Shown piece after piece: positions 37,827 to 47,178 of a DNA stretch of 64,000 nt. Source of the DNA: an uncultured Candidatus Saccharibacteria bacterium. Its GTDB lineage: Bacteria; Patescibacteriota; Saccharimonadia; CAILAD01; GCA-016700035. How positions within the stretch are numbered: the stretch's first letter is position 1; the number at the start of each line of letters is the position of its first letter. The notes below the pieces were generated by a model. It was given only the letters and a program-made list of their open reading frames with translations, was not told the DNA's origin and did no database searches. A program made the position numbers and the translations under genes. Location: positions 17,754-81,753 of the forward strand of contig CAZOVH010000001.1 of the NCBI GenBank assembly GCA_964583675.1. Direction: 5' to 3'.

Positions 37827-38495
37827 TTGTGCATCGTGACAGAACGTGTGATTATCGCCATCGACGGTCCGGCCGGCAGTGGCAAATCCACCGCTGCGCG
37901 CTTGCTCGCCGAAGCACTTGGATACGTCGCCCTCGATTCGGGTAGCGTATACCGCATCATCACCATCGCCATGCTCCGACAAGGCATGGTTCCTGGAGAA
38001 CCGTTCGCAAATTGGTTCACGAGCCTAGGTAAGGACGTTGTCACCCTGACAGACGGTCATGCCACTCACCTGTTTGGCCGAGGAGTGAGCGAGGAAGAGC
38101 TCAAGGCCCCGGAAGTGCAAGCCTGTGTGTCGCAGGTCAGCGAACACCCCGGCATACGTAACTTCGTCAACACCAAGCTGCGCGAACACGCCGAGCAATG
38201 CGCTAGCGGAATCGTCTGTGACGGCCGTGACGCCGGAACAGTAATTTTCCCAGATGCAGATGTCAAGATCTACCTAACCGCACGCCTAATCATTCGCGCA
38301 CGAAGGATCGGCCTTCCCCAGTCTGCAGTACAGGCAAGGGATGAAAATGATCACAAGAAGGCTTTTGGACCATTGCCACACTGGCAGGAGGCAAAGCAAC
38401 TTGGCTACAAGATCGTTCAAACAGATGCCAAAGAGCCGAGTGTGGTTGTGGCTGTGATGTGTCGACACGTCGAACGTACCCTCTCCCAGCTGTAG
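37827..38495 (+). CDS. cmk: Cytidylate kinase
   Basis: IAIDGPAGSGKST, LDSG..YR and DGRD.GTVIFPDA.VKIYLTA motifs; the true start may be GTG at 37836. Confidence 0.9.
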   Translation: MCIVTERVIIAIDGPAGSGKSTAARLLAEALGYVALDSGSVYRIITIAMLRQGMVPGEPFANWFTSLGKDVVTLTDGHATHLFGRGVSEEELKAPEVQACVSQVSEHPGIRNFVNTKLREHAEQCASGIVCDGRDAGTVIFPDADVKIYLTARLIIRARRIGLPQSAVQARDENDHKKAFGPLPHWQEAKQLGYKIVQTDAKEPSVVVAVMCRHVERTLSQL

Positions 38496-38511
38496 AGCTG
38501 GGAGTTATTTT
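38483..38511 (+). terminator. Intrinsic terminator at the end of cmk
   Basis: CTCCCAGCT-GTAG-AGCTGGGAG followed by TTATTTT. Confidence 0.7.
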
Positions 38512-39680
38512 TTTACATCATATAGGCTAATGCCAATTCCAGATTGAGTCATGCGTGAGATAAAGTCATGAAATACCTGTTGATGTTCTCCACCAGCGTT
38601 TATGTACGACCAATCCGTCGCCTCTGCAACCTTTGATTTATCTTCGGCAAATATATTCACCCACACACTATAGCCTGCCTCTTGAGCACGCATAACCTCA
38701 TTAACAATACCAAAGCTAACATCTTTGCGTTTTGCCGCGGATATTGTCACGCGTTTTTCATCGTCTTGCGCATATTTTGTGACATACGTACCGGTATTAA
38801 ACCAGATCTCTTTTACCTGCAACTTACGGGCAGCTTCGATTGCTAATTGATGATTAAGAAACTCTCGAGCATCAAATATACCGTTACCTTCACGAGTAGC
38901 CGGAGGAGACCACGGAAAACCCTGTAAACCGAAGCTGTCTACCAAGTTTGGTTTTATGTCAGATACATAAGGCAACAAACTAGCATAATCACCTCTCTCC
39001 CAGTCAAAGTCATCGCTTTCATAAGTGGCGGAGTTCAACAAAATACTAGCTTTAGCCTTAGGAAACTGTGCTTTGTATACCTCTAGATAACGGTTAACAA
39101 TCTGAGCAAAATCTTTCGGAGTGGCGTTCTTGCGATTCCAATAAGGTAAATTCGCTTCAGGAAATGGTACCCATATTCCCATCATTTCGTCGGTCATTCC
39201 AGTTTGCTTCATCTCGGCAAAATATGCGTTTATCCACTGATCGTAAAAGCCCGTATTAAATTCAGTAAAATCGATAAGACCCCACTCTGTAGTTGGCTCA
39301 ACAATAACCAATGGTGTAACCCCGGCCTCATTCATTGTCTTTAATTCGGGCACAAGCTGTCGAGCTAAAGATTTTGCATTTTCTTGGCTATTCGGCATTG
39401 AAGTAAAAATCATATACTTATCGGCAACCTTGCTGGAACATAAGGTCTGATACTCATTCAGCTTCTGAACATACTTGCTGCCACTTTCTAAGTTTTTAGC
39501 TACATCAGGACGACATTGTCCTCCTATCGCAGTAAGCTCAGCCGTAGAGCTATTCCCTCGAAATATTTGCCCCAAATTCAATTGTCGTAGATTCACAAAT
39601 TGACTAAATGCCAAAAAGCCTGCCACTAAAGCGGTTACCAAGAAATAAGTTGTATAACGGAAAATCTGCCTCTTATTCAT
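38505..39680 (-). CDS. Membrane-anchored glycoside-hydrolase-like TIM-barrel protein (GH26-like, divergent)
   Basis: N-terminal TM; motifs PLVIVEP, G.YD.WI..Y, PFPEAN..W and VD.FGLQG resemble GH26; lies next to a GT2. Confidence 0.55.
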   Translation of the reverse strand: MNKRQIFRYTTYFLVTALVAGFLAFSQFVNLRQLNLGQIFRGNSSTAELTAIGGQCRPDVAKNLESGSKYVQKLNEYQTLCSSKVADKYMIFTSMPNSQENAKSLARQLVPELKTMNEAGVTPLVIVEPTTEWGLIDFTEFNTGFYDQWINAYFAEMKQTGMTDEMMGIWVPFPEANLPYWNRKNATPKDFAQIVNRYLEVYKAQFPKAKASILLNSATYESDDFDWERGDYASLLPYVSDIKPNLVDSFGLQGFPWSPPATREGNGIFDAREFLNHQLAIEAARKLQVKEIWFNTGTYVTKYAQDDEKRVTISAAKRKDVSFGIVNEVMRAQEAGYSVWVNIFAEDKSKVAEATDWSYINAGGEHQQVFHDFISRMTQSGIGISLYDVKK

Positions 39681-40930
39681 CAGTCTTGAACCCCCACTCT
39701 TTCCCAGCGCTGCCAGGCTATGTCATCGCCACGAATTACCATGCGTATACCCTTCATTAGTGCAATGTACTCAACCCAAACTAATATGTAGAAAAGGGGC
39801 CACGTCAGAGGGAAAAGCAGTATATAGCGCAGCTTTATTCCTTCGTGAGAGAAAAATGCATTCACTAAATAAATTACCATCACAAATAAACTGCCTAATG
39901 CTAGAGATACATAATCGCCAGTCACAAACGAATAAGTTGCCAATAGTGCTAGCGCTATTGGCTCGAATACTAACTGAAGCTCGGCAAGCAACGAAAAGGG
40001 TAGCACAAAAAATGACAACCACTTACTGTGCCCAGACTCTCTTGAGAAAAATAAGCTACGATACTTGAGAAAGGTATCGAATCTACCCTTTTTCCAACGA
40101 AGTCGTTGATTTACAAGCCCCGTTATACTAGATGCTCCTTCCGTATAAACAACCGCGTCTTCCGCATACACACAGTGTTTTCCAAAATACCTCGTACGCA
40201 GGCTCATCTCGATATCTTCAGTCTTATTTGAGGTATCAAATAATCCTATTTCGCGAAAAAGTGTCCGTCTGTAGGCAGCATTAGCGCCACCAAATATATA
40301 TTCCGCATTCATAACTGCATGGGCGCGCTTGAAGTAAAAGCCGAACATGTACTCCAGCCTTTGCAAAAAGCCAATTAGCGTATGATTACTAGATACTTTT
40401 ACATTACCCACTGCAGCCCAGATTGTAGGGTCTTCAAAATATTGCACCATATTCTTAATGGCGTTCCTCTCAATAACCGAATCCGCATCGATAGTAAATA
40501 TAATTTCTCCTCTTGATTGTTTAATACCCAAATTCAGTGCATGCCCCTTACCCTCATTAGGTTTGTAATAATAACGCAAGCGATGCGTACTGATGTGGTA
40601 TTTTTTTACAAATGCCCTCACAAATGTATCTGTTTTATCAACGGAACCATCATTTACAACTATGAGCTCAATATTCTTATAGCTACTCGATAAAATTGAA
40701 CGAATCGTTTTAGTGATACCAACTTCCTCATTCCAAGCCGGAACAATAACTGAAACTAATGGGCGATACACTTCTGCTTTTCTACCCTGCCTACGAGCCT
40801 CCAAACGAAGCTTACGACGATTTTCTTTTACTGGATAAAAAGGTGCCAACACCAGAAACACAAAATATTTTACGAGCATTAATGTTGCAAACCAAAACGC
40901 TATATCCCTTAAAAAAGTAAACCCCTCCAT
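39680..40930 (-). CDS. Processive GT2 polysaccharide synthase (IcaA/cellulose-synthase-like)
   Basis: VPAWNEE, DGS.D, GK..ALN, DAD, TED and QRLRW motifs; C-terminal TM helices. Confidence 0.9.
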   Translation of the reverse strand: MEGFTFLRDIAFWFATLMLVKYFVFLVLAPFYPVKENRRKLRLEARRQGRKAEVYRPLVSVIVPAWNEEVGITKTIRSILSSSYKNIELIVVNDGSVDKTDTFVRAFVKKYHISTHRLRYYYKPNEGKGHALNLGIKQSRGEIIFTIDADSVIERNAIKNMVQYFEDPTIWAAVGNVKVSSNHTLIGFLQRLEYMFGFYFKRAHAVMNAEYIFGGANAAYRRTLFREIGLFDTSNKTEDIEMSLRTRYFGKHCVYAEDAVVYTEGASSITGLVNQRLRWKKGRFDTFLKYRSLFFSRESGHSKWLSFFVLPFSLLAELQLVFEPIALALLATYSFVTGDYVSLALGSLFVMVIYLVNAFFSHEGIKLRYILLFPLTWPLFYILVWVEYIALMKGIRMVIRGDDIAWQRWERVGVQD

Positions 40931-40932
40931 TC

Positions 40933-41559
40933 TTACTGCCCCACATTCTGTAAGCTTATATTTTCACCTCGATACACCTCTAAACCTTTAACACCCTCTA
41001 CTACAAGCATAAGGCTACTCCTAGCAGAATTTGGTGCTAAATACTTAGTTGCTTGATCTCCCGTTACGGCCTCAGTTATTCGGTAAACATAGCGCCAATC
41101 TTTTGTAGTATCTACAAACACATTGTCATCAACGGCAATGCCGGCGTTCATCGGGAGAGATCTCCAGTCTCTTTTGGCATACACAACAACATCCCCCAAA
41201 GAACCGTTTTCTGCTCGAGAAGTCATAAAAAAGTGTCCTGTACTAGCACGGACTAGAAATATCTGATCAGAAGCCTTTACAGCTGGTACTAGAGCCATCT
41301 TCACCTCGGGTTGTGGTAATCTTAACTCTTTCGGGTCGCCATTCTCACCAGTGAATGGCGATTGTGCTTGACCAACCGAACTGTCTCGGCCTTCCATTTG
41401 TGCCAACACTCCACTAAACGAAAATTTTGTTAACGAGGTCACGATGGGTAAATCGCGGTTAAATAGTAGCTCAAAACTAGATGCGTACACATTAGCCGAT
41501 ATAAAGAAGCTTATGAGAGCAAAAAATGCAAATACAAAGATAAATTTAGTTTTCTTCAA
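40933..41559 (-). CDS. Sortase-fold membrane protein lacking catalytic His/Cys
   Basis: TM anchor followed by sortase-like pattern P.ELRLP, GDVVVY, ..DD.VFV.T....YVYRI; the expected GH and TLxTC motifs read AK and LMLVVE. Confidence 0.5.
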   Translation of the reverse strand: MKKTKFIFVFAFFALISFFISANVYASSFELLFNRDLPIVTSLTKFSFSGVLAQMEGRDSSVGQAQSPFTGENGDPKELRLPQPEVKMALVPAVKASDQIFLVRASTGHFFMTSRAENGSLGDVVVYAKRDWRSLPMNAGIAVDDNVFVDTTKDWRYVYRITEAVTGDQATKYLAPNSARSSLMLVVEGVKGLEVYRGENISLQNVGQ

Positions 41560-41705
41560 ACGCGCTTCCGAACCAGATCATATCCTTGTTTTTTCAAGCG
41601 AATCTTTATCGCCAAATTAAGAAGCGATGCGATGACATTAACAAAAATAACAACCGTAATAAAAACTATGTATATCTGAAATAAAACCGTGTATCCCGAA
41701 GGCAT
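41556..41705 (-). CDS. Unannotated 49-aa single-pass membrane protein heading the GT2 cassette
   Basis: MPSGYTVLFQIYIVFITVVIFVNVIASLLNLAIKIRLKKQGYDLVRKRV; its TGA overlaps the TTG start of the next gene. Confidence 0.6.
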   Translation of the reverse strand: MPSGYTVLFQIYIVFITVVIFVNVIASLLNLAIKIRLKKQGYDLVRKRV

Positions 41706-41777
41706 AACTATTCTATACCCCATTTAGGCAACGGTGTATATTCTACGCCATTGCCGCTCAGAGTTCAAGGATAAGTT

Positions 41778-43844
41778 TTACACCTCAATAACAACTGGAA
41801 GAACGATTGGGTTCCGCTTAGTTACCTTAAATAGGTAGTTCGCAACATCATCACGCATTCGTGTCTTAATGATCAGACTCGAAGCCGGAGTCGAGATATC
41901 GCGCTTATCAAAGATAGTCTGCACAATTTGACGACTCTTCTGCACGAGCTCAACATTATCCTTCATATAAATGAAGCCACGCGAGATAATATCTGGGCTA
42001 GTCTTAAGCTTGCCAGTCTTTTTATCAACAGTAGCGATGATCATAAACACGCCGTCGGCGCTCATTGCCAAGCGATCCTTCAGAACAATCTCTTGCACAT
42101 CGCCAATACCAGCGCCGTCAATAAGCACTACTCCAGCGGTTACTTTCGGACCTTCTTTAATGCCTGACTCATCTGCGATTAGCACCTGCCCATTCTCTAC
42201 TACAAACAAGTTCTCGTCCGGAATACCTTCAGTTTTTGCAATCGCTGCGTTGTGGAACATGTGATGCATCTCACCGTGAATTGGCAGATAGTATTTGGGC
42301 CGCACAAGCTGAAGCATTTCTTTAATTTCATCTACCGTGGCATGTCCACCGGTGTGCATCTTGCCAAGGTTATCGAAAGCCGCTGTAGCAGGCTGGTACA
42401 CGTAGGCGCCCCAACGGAACAAGTTATCAACCATGCCCCAAACTGATTTTTCATTACCTGGAATAATCGAGGCCGAAAGCACCACAACATCATTTGGTTT
42501 AAGCTTTACGTCGCGGTGTTCACCTGTGCCCATGCGCTGCAAGGCTGAGAAATTCTCACCCTGCGATCCGGTTGAGAGCACTACAATTTGCCCGTCGTCA
42601 TACTTGCTAACCTCGTTAGCTTTAATAAGCAAACCAGCTGGCACTTTTACATACCCCAGCTTTACAGCTAACTCGAGGTTATTTTGCATACTGCGACCAA
42701 CTACAGCGAGTTTACGCTTCGACTTAGCAACTGCATTAATCACAATTTGCATACGAGTGATCTGACTACCAAAGGCAGCAATAACTACGCGTTTGTTGTA
42801 GTTGCGGATGAAGATTTCATCAAGCGTCTCAACAATTTCCATTTCTGGCGTCGAGCGACCAGGAGTCTCACAGCTCGTGGAGTCACACATGAGCATCAAG
42901 ACACCTTCATCTCCCAGCTCCTTCAGGCGCTGCTTGTCGGCAGTTTTGCCATCAAGTGGGTTATCTTCAAAGCGCCAGTCACCAGTGTTTACAATCGTTC
43001 CAACCGGTGTGCGGATAGCTAAAGAACAAGCATCTGGAATGGAGTGTGTGGTGCGCAAAAATTCTACATTAAACACGCCAAGCTGAATGCGATCATGTCG
43101 ATCCTGATCGATGATGTGCAGCTCTGGCTTAAACGGCAATTTATATTCTTCTAGCTTGCGCTCGATAAATTTAATTGTGAATTTAGCGGCATAAATTGGG
43201 GCTGGAATCTTTGGCAAGATAAACGGAATGCCACCAACATGATCTTCGTGGGCATGCGTAATGAGAATTCCACGAATCTTGTGCTTACGCTCTTCAAGAT
43301 AAGTTACATCTGGAACCACCAGATCAATTCCCGGCTGGTCATCACCCGGAAAACTGAAACCCATATCCATAATGATAATGTCGTCTTCATACTCGAGGGC
43401 CATAATGTTTCGACCAATTTCATTTAAACCACCAAGTGGAATGATTTTGAGCTTGCCTGCATCAGCTTTAGAGACACCATTTACATCCATAGCTTTAATT
43501 TTTGGACGTGAACCCTGCCCACCAGCAGCATTAAAGCTACCGTGTACAAAGGTTTGCGGTCCCTTCGGCATGCGCATACGCGGCGGACGACCAAGACCTC
43601 CACGCTCGCGACGCTGACCATTGCCATTGCCATTGCGACTGTTGCCATTACCATTATTGTTATTACGGCGTTGGTTGTTCTGTCCGCCTTGCCCGTTTTG
43701 ACTACGACGCTGGCCGCCCTGAGCATTAGTCTGAGCTGGCTTCGAGCGCGGAGCGTTTTGACGAGCTCCTTGAGATTGCGGTTTTGAGTTTTGAGATTTC
43801 AGATCGTCCGATGATAATGGACGACTCGTGAGTTCTTCTGACAT
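41778..43844 (-). CDS. rnj: Ribonuclease J with about 125-aa low-complexity N-terminal extension
   Basis: PLGGLNEIGRN, THAHEDHVG, HSIPD, GSQGE and P.HGE motifs. Confidence 0.95.
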   Translation of the reverse strand: MSEELTSRPLSSDDLKSQNSKPQSQGARQNAPRSKPAQTNAQGGQRRSQNGQGGQNNQRRNNNNGNGNSRNGNGNGQRRERGGLGRPPRMRMPKGPQTFVHGSFNAAGGQGSRPKIKAMDVNGVSKADAGKLKIIPLGGLNEIGRNIMALEYEDDIIIMDMGFSFPGDDQPGIDLVVPDVTYLEERKHKIRGILITHAHEDHVGGIPFILPKIPAPIYAAKFTIKFIERKLEEYKLPFKPELHIIDQDRHDRIQLGVFNVEFLRTTHSIPDACSLAIRTPVGTIVNTGDWRFEDNPLDGKTADKQRLKELGDEGVLMLMCDSTSCETPGRSTPEMEIVETLDEIFIRNYNKRVVIAAFGSQITRMQIVINAVAKSKRKLAVVGRSMQNNLELAVKLGYVKVPAGLLIKANEVSKYDDGQIVVLSTGSQGENFSALQRMGTGEHRDVKLKPNDVVVLSASIIPGNEKSVWGMVDNLFRWGAYVYQPATAAFDNLGKMHTGGHATVDEIKEMLQLVRPKYYLPIHGEMHHMFHNAAIAKTEGIPDENLFVVENGQVLIADESGIKEGPKVTAGVVLIDGAGIGDVQEIVLKDRLAMSADGVFMIIATVDKKTGKLKTSPDIISRGFIYMKDNVELVQKSRQIVQTIFDKRDISTPASSLIIKTRMRDDVANYLFKVTKRNPIVLPVVIEV

Positions 43845-43875
43845 GTGTGTTATTTTCCTTTCTTATAAACTGTTG

Positions 43876-43927
43876 GCATGTCTAAGCTCTTGTCCCACTC
43901 AATGGCAGAACCAGGGCTTAAACATGC
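43876..43927 (-). promoter_or_regulatory. Hairpin upstream of rnj
   Basis: Minus-strand GCATGTTTAAGC pairs with GCTTAGACATGC (12 bp with one G-U). Confidence 0.55.
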
Positions 43928-43930
43928 GAT

Positions 43931-44536
43931 TTACGAAATTTTCTTGAGAAGTTGCGGGATTTGAGAAAAATCTTCAAGTAGCGTGGTGCGCATCGAGCCG
44001 TTATACAGTGCAGCGGCTGGATGATACAACGGTAAAAACATCTGTTTTCGCGCTGCCCCAGCATGAGTATACGTACGACTTACAGCTACCCCATGAGCTT
44101 GGCTAATCTTTAGTTCAGGGAAAAACACATTCATAGCGTGTCTCCCTAAAAAAATCACTAGCTTTGGATCGATAACTTCTATTTGCTCTAAAAGGTACGG
44201 TAACGACGCTTGAATCTCGTCCGGCTTTGGGTCTCGATTGTTGGGTGGTCGATATTTTAAGATGCTGGTAATAAACACATCTTCTCGCTTCAAGCCTACA
44301 TTTTCTAGCATTTCTACCAAAAATTTACCTGAAGCACCAACAAACGGACGGCCTTCGCGATCCTCCTGTGCCCCGGGGGCTTCACCCACAAGCATAATGT
44401 CTGCTTCTGGGTCACCCTCGCCGGGCACAGGGTTTATACAATTTTTACACAGCTCGGTACATACTTCGCATGAGGCAATTCTCTGCGCAATTTGAGCAAG
44501 TTTTTTCTGCTTCTCTTCGCGCGTGAACTCACTCAT
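43931..44536 (-). CDS. Uracil-DNA glycosylase, family 4
   Basis: GEAPGAQED..GRPFVG.SG, RPPNNRDP and YHPAA motifs. Confidence 0.92.
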   Translation of the reverse strand: MSEFTREEKQKKLAQIAQRIASCEVCTELCKNCINPVPGEGDPEADIMLVGEAPGAQEDREGRPFVGASGKFLVEMLENVGLKREDVFITSILKYRPPNNRDPKPDEIQASLPYLLEQIEVIDPKLVIFLGRHAMNVFFPELKISQAHGVAVSRTYTHAGAARKQMFLPLYHPAAALYNGSMRTTLLEDFSQIPQLLKKIS

Positions 44537-44543
44537 ACAATTT

Positions 44544-46682
44544 TTACTCTTGCTGAGCAGCTTTCTTACTCAAATTATACCTTCCCCGGTCATCTTTTTC
44601 GACCAGCTTGACACGAATTGAGTCGCCTTCGCTAATTTCATCCGATACATCCTCGACACGGTGGTCGGCTAATTGAGAAACATGCACGAGGCCTTCTCGA
44701 CCTGGCATGAACTCTACAAACGCCCCAAAATCCATGATTTTTACAACCTTAGCGTCGTAAATCTTACCAACTTCTGGCTCGGCAACAATTGATTCAATCC
44801 AATTCTTTGCGCGCTCAGCAGCCTTCACATCATCGGAGTAGATCATAATCAGGCCATCATCTTCGATGTCGATCTGCGCACCAGTTTCGCCGGTAATCTT
44901 CTGGATGGTCTCACCGCCCTTACCAATTACCTCTTTGATCTTATCAGGATTAATTACGACCTTCGTAATACGTGGTGCAAATTCAGAAAGCTCTGGACGC
45001 ACTTCTGGCAAAATTTCGAGCATCTTACCCATAATATGCTCCCGACCCTCACGAGCCTGCGCCAAAGCGGCACGCATAATTTCAAGCGTAATGCCGGTCA
45101 CCTTAATATCCATCTGAAGTGCCGTGATTCCCTCTGAAGTTCCGGCCACTTTAAAGTCCATATCGCCGGCAAAATCTTCAGCGCCCTGAATATCAGACAA
45201 GATCACATAACTGTCTGATTTACTTTTATCAATCATCAGCCCCATGGCTATACCAGCAACGGGACGCGTAAGCGGAACACCAGCATCCATCAATGAGAGT
45301 GTCGACCCACATACCGAAGCCATCGAAGTTGAACCGTTCGAACTGAGAATTTCTGAAACAACGCGCATGGCGTACGGAAATTCTTCAACGGCTGGCAACA
45401 TTGGCTCTAAAGCCCTTTCAGCCAAAGCCCCATGGCCAATCTCGCGGCGACCAGTTGAACGCAGTGGACGTGCCTCACCAGTAGAATATGGGGGAAAATT
45501 GTAGTGATGCATGTAGCGCTTAGTCGTATCTTCTTCCATGGTATCGATAAGCTGCGCATAGCTGATTGGTGCTAACGTTGCGACCGAAAGAGCCTGAGTG
45601 GTGCCACGAGTGAAAATCGCGCTTCCATGAGCTCGAGGCAAGACACTCGTATCCCCAGAAATTGGCCGTACTTCGGTAGTCTTTCGCTTATCCGGACGCT
45701 CGGCGTCTTCTAAAATGGCGCGGCGGATCTCGGCATCAATAACGCTCGTAAAAGCAGTTTTTACTACACCTAGCGGAAAACGCTCTTTATCGTCTTCCAT
45801 CTCGGCTGGAAGTGGTCCAAATTCATCAATGACCAACTTACGGAGTTCAGCTAAAACGTCTTCACGCTTCAAGCCATCAGAGTGCCGCACATCAGCCCCA
45901 AGTTTCCCTTCTAAAAAGTCACTAATCTTTTCTGCCAAGTCTTCATCAGCACGAAAGAGATCAAACTCCTGTGGTTTTACATTAAGGGCTTTCGCCATTT
46001 CTTGCTGCAGCTCAATAACTGGCTGCCAGGTTTTGAGCGCCAATTCAAAGGCATCCACCATGGTCTCCTCTGAAATTTCCTGCGCACCAGCCTCAACCAT
46101 CATAATTGCGTCTGCAGTTCCGGCAATTGTCAGATTAAGCTTAGAGCCTTCCTGCTCACTCACCGTTGGATACGCGACCAACTCGCCATCCTTCTCGCCA
46201 ACCCGCATGCCAGCTACCGGTCCTTGAAAAGGTGCCCCTGTAAGCATTAAAGCGCTCGAGGCTGCGATCATCCCAAGTACGTCTGGCTCATGCTCACCAT
46301 CAACCGAAAGCGTGGTTACAACCACCTGAACATCATTGCGGTAACCTTTCGGGAACAGCGGACGAATCGGACGATCAATCAAGCGAGCAGTCAAAATCGC
46401 CTTTTCAGATGGGCGACCTTCACGCTTAATAAAGCGGCTGCCAGAAATCTTTCCTGCCGCATACATGCGCTCTTCATAATCGATAAGGAGCGGGAAAAAG
46501 TCCTGATCGGGCTTTGGCTCGCGTGCTACAACGGCAGTTGCAAGCACTACGGTGTCTCCGTAACGTACGGTTACCGCGCCGTCAGCCAAAAAAGCCAACT
46601 TTCCTGTTTCAATTGTTAATTTCTTGCCTGCAAACTCTGTTTCAAAGATTTGCGTCTTTCCACCAAAAGGGTGAATAATCAT
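44544..46682 (-). CDS. pnp: Polyribonucleotide nucleotidyltransferase
   Basis: Two RNase PH domains, SNGSTSMASVC and GDMDFKVAG motifs, KH and S1 domains. Confidence 0.97.
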   Translation of the reverse strand: MIIHPFGGKTQIFETEFAGKKLTIETGKLAFLADGAVTVRYGDTVVLATAVVAREPKPDQDFFPLLIDYEERMYAAGKISGSRFIKREGRPSEKAILTARLIDRPIRPLFPKGYRNDVQVVVTTLSVDGEHEPDVLGMIAASSALMLTGAPFQGPVAGMRVGEKDGELVAYPTVSEQEGSKLNLTIAGTADAIMMVEAGAQEISEETMVDAFELALKTWQPVIELQQEMAKALNVKPQEFDLFRADEDLAEKISDFLEGKLGADVRHSDGLKREDVLAELRKLVIDEFGPLPAEMEDDKERFPLGVVKTAFTSVIDAEIRRAILEDAERPDKRKTTEVRPISGDTSVLPRAHGSAIFTRGTTQALSVATLAPISYAQLIDTMEEDTTKRYMHHYNFPPYSTGEARPLRSTGRREIGHGALAERALEPMLPAVEEFPYAMRVVSEILSSNGSTSMASVCGSTLSLMDAGVPLTRPVAGIAMGLMIDKSKSDSYVILSDIQGAEDFAGDMDFKVAGTSEGITALQMDIKVTGITLEIMRAALAQAREGREHIMGKMLEILPEVRPELSEFAPRITKVVINPDKIKEVIGKGGETIQKITGETGAQIDIEDDGLIMIYSDDVKAAERAKNWIESIVAEPEVGKIYDAKVVKIMDFGAFVEFMPGREGLVHVSQLADHRVEDVSDEISEGDSIRVKLVEKDDRGRYNLSKKAAQQE

Positions 46683-46697
46683 ACGTTCCTTCTTTCA

Positions 46698-46794
46698 TGA
46701 AGACTCTCACCAGACTTACGCCAGGTGCCAGAGAGCAAATTACCTGCTTGATAATCTCTTCTCTTTCACCTGCATTGCTCGTGAGTAATCTTCA
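46698..46794 (-). promoter_or_regulatory. Long stem-loop in the pnp 5' UTR
   Basis: Minus-strand TGAAGATTACTCAC pairs with GTGAGAGTCTTCA; inner GAGCAA/TTGCTC. Confidence 0.55.
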
Positions 46795-46881
46795 GATTTA
46801 CTTATGTTTCGTCGTCCATACTTGTATGGTACAACATTTTACTTCAATGTGCGCGTGCCCCAAAAATAGGAGCATGAAAAA

Positions 46882-47160
46882 TTAGCGACGGAGCTTCAGT
46901 TGCTTAACAATTGCTGCGTAACGTTCCTGACTGTTCTTCTGCAGATAGTCGAGCAAGCGTCGGCGCTTGGACACCATTGTAAGCAAACCACGACGACTGT
47001 GGTTGTCGTGCTTGTGTTGCTTTAGGTGTTCTGTAAGTGAAGCTATCTTTTCAGTAAAAATAGCAATCTGCACCTCAGCCGAGCCAGTATCTTTGGCGTG
47101 CTGTCCGTGCTTCTTGATGATTTTCGTCTTTGCAGACTGAGTTTTTACTTCTGTTGCCAT
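46882..47160 (-). CDS. rpsO: 30S ribosomal protein S15
   Basis: [30 protein letters not shown]. Confidence 0.97.
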   Translation of the reverse strand: MATEVKTQSAKTKIIKKHGQHAKDTGSAEVQIAIFTEKIASLTEHLKQHKHDNHSRRGLLTMVSKRRRLLDYLQKNSQERYAAIVKQLKLRR

Positions 47161-47178
47161 AATCAGGTTACAAGTATA

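Noticed and set aside
43600-43670. Short tandem repeats (CCATTG, TTG/TTA) as a contingency locus
   Set aside because: They are imperfect in-frame codon repeats encoding the Asn/Gly tract of RNase J.
46697-46885. 62-aa plus-strand ORF in the pnp-rpsO spacer
   Set aside because: It is antisense to the pnp leader and promoter, with no SD or recognisable motif.
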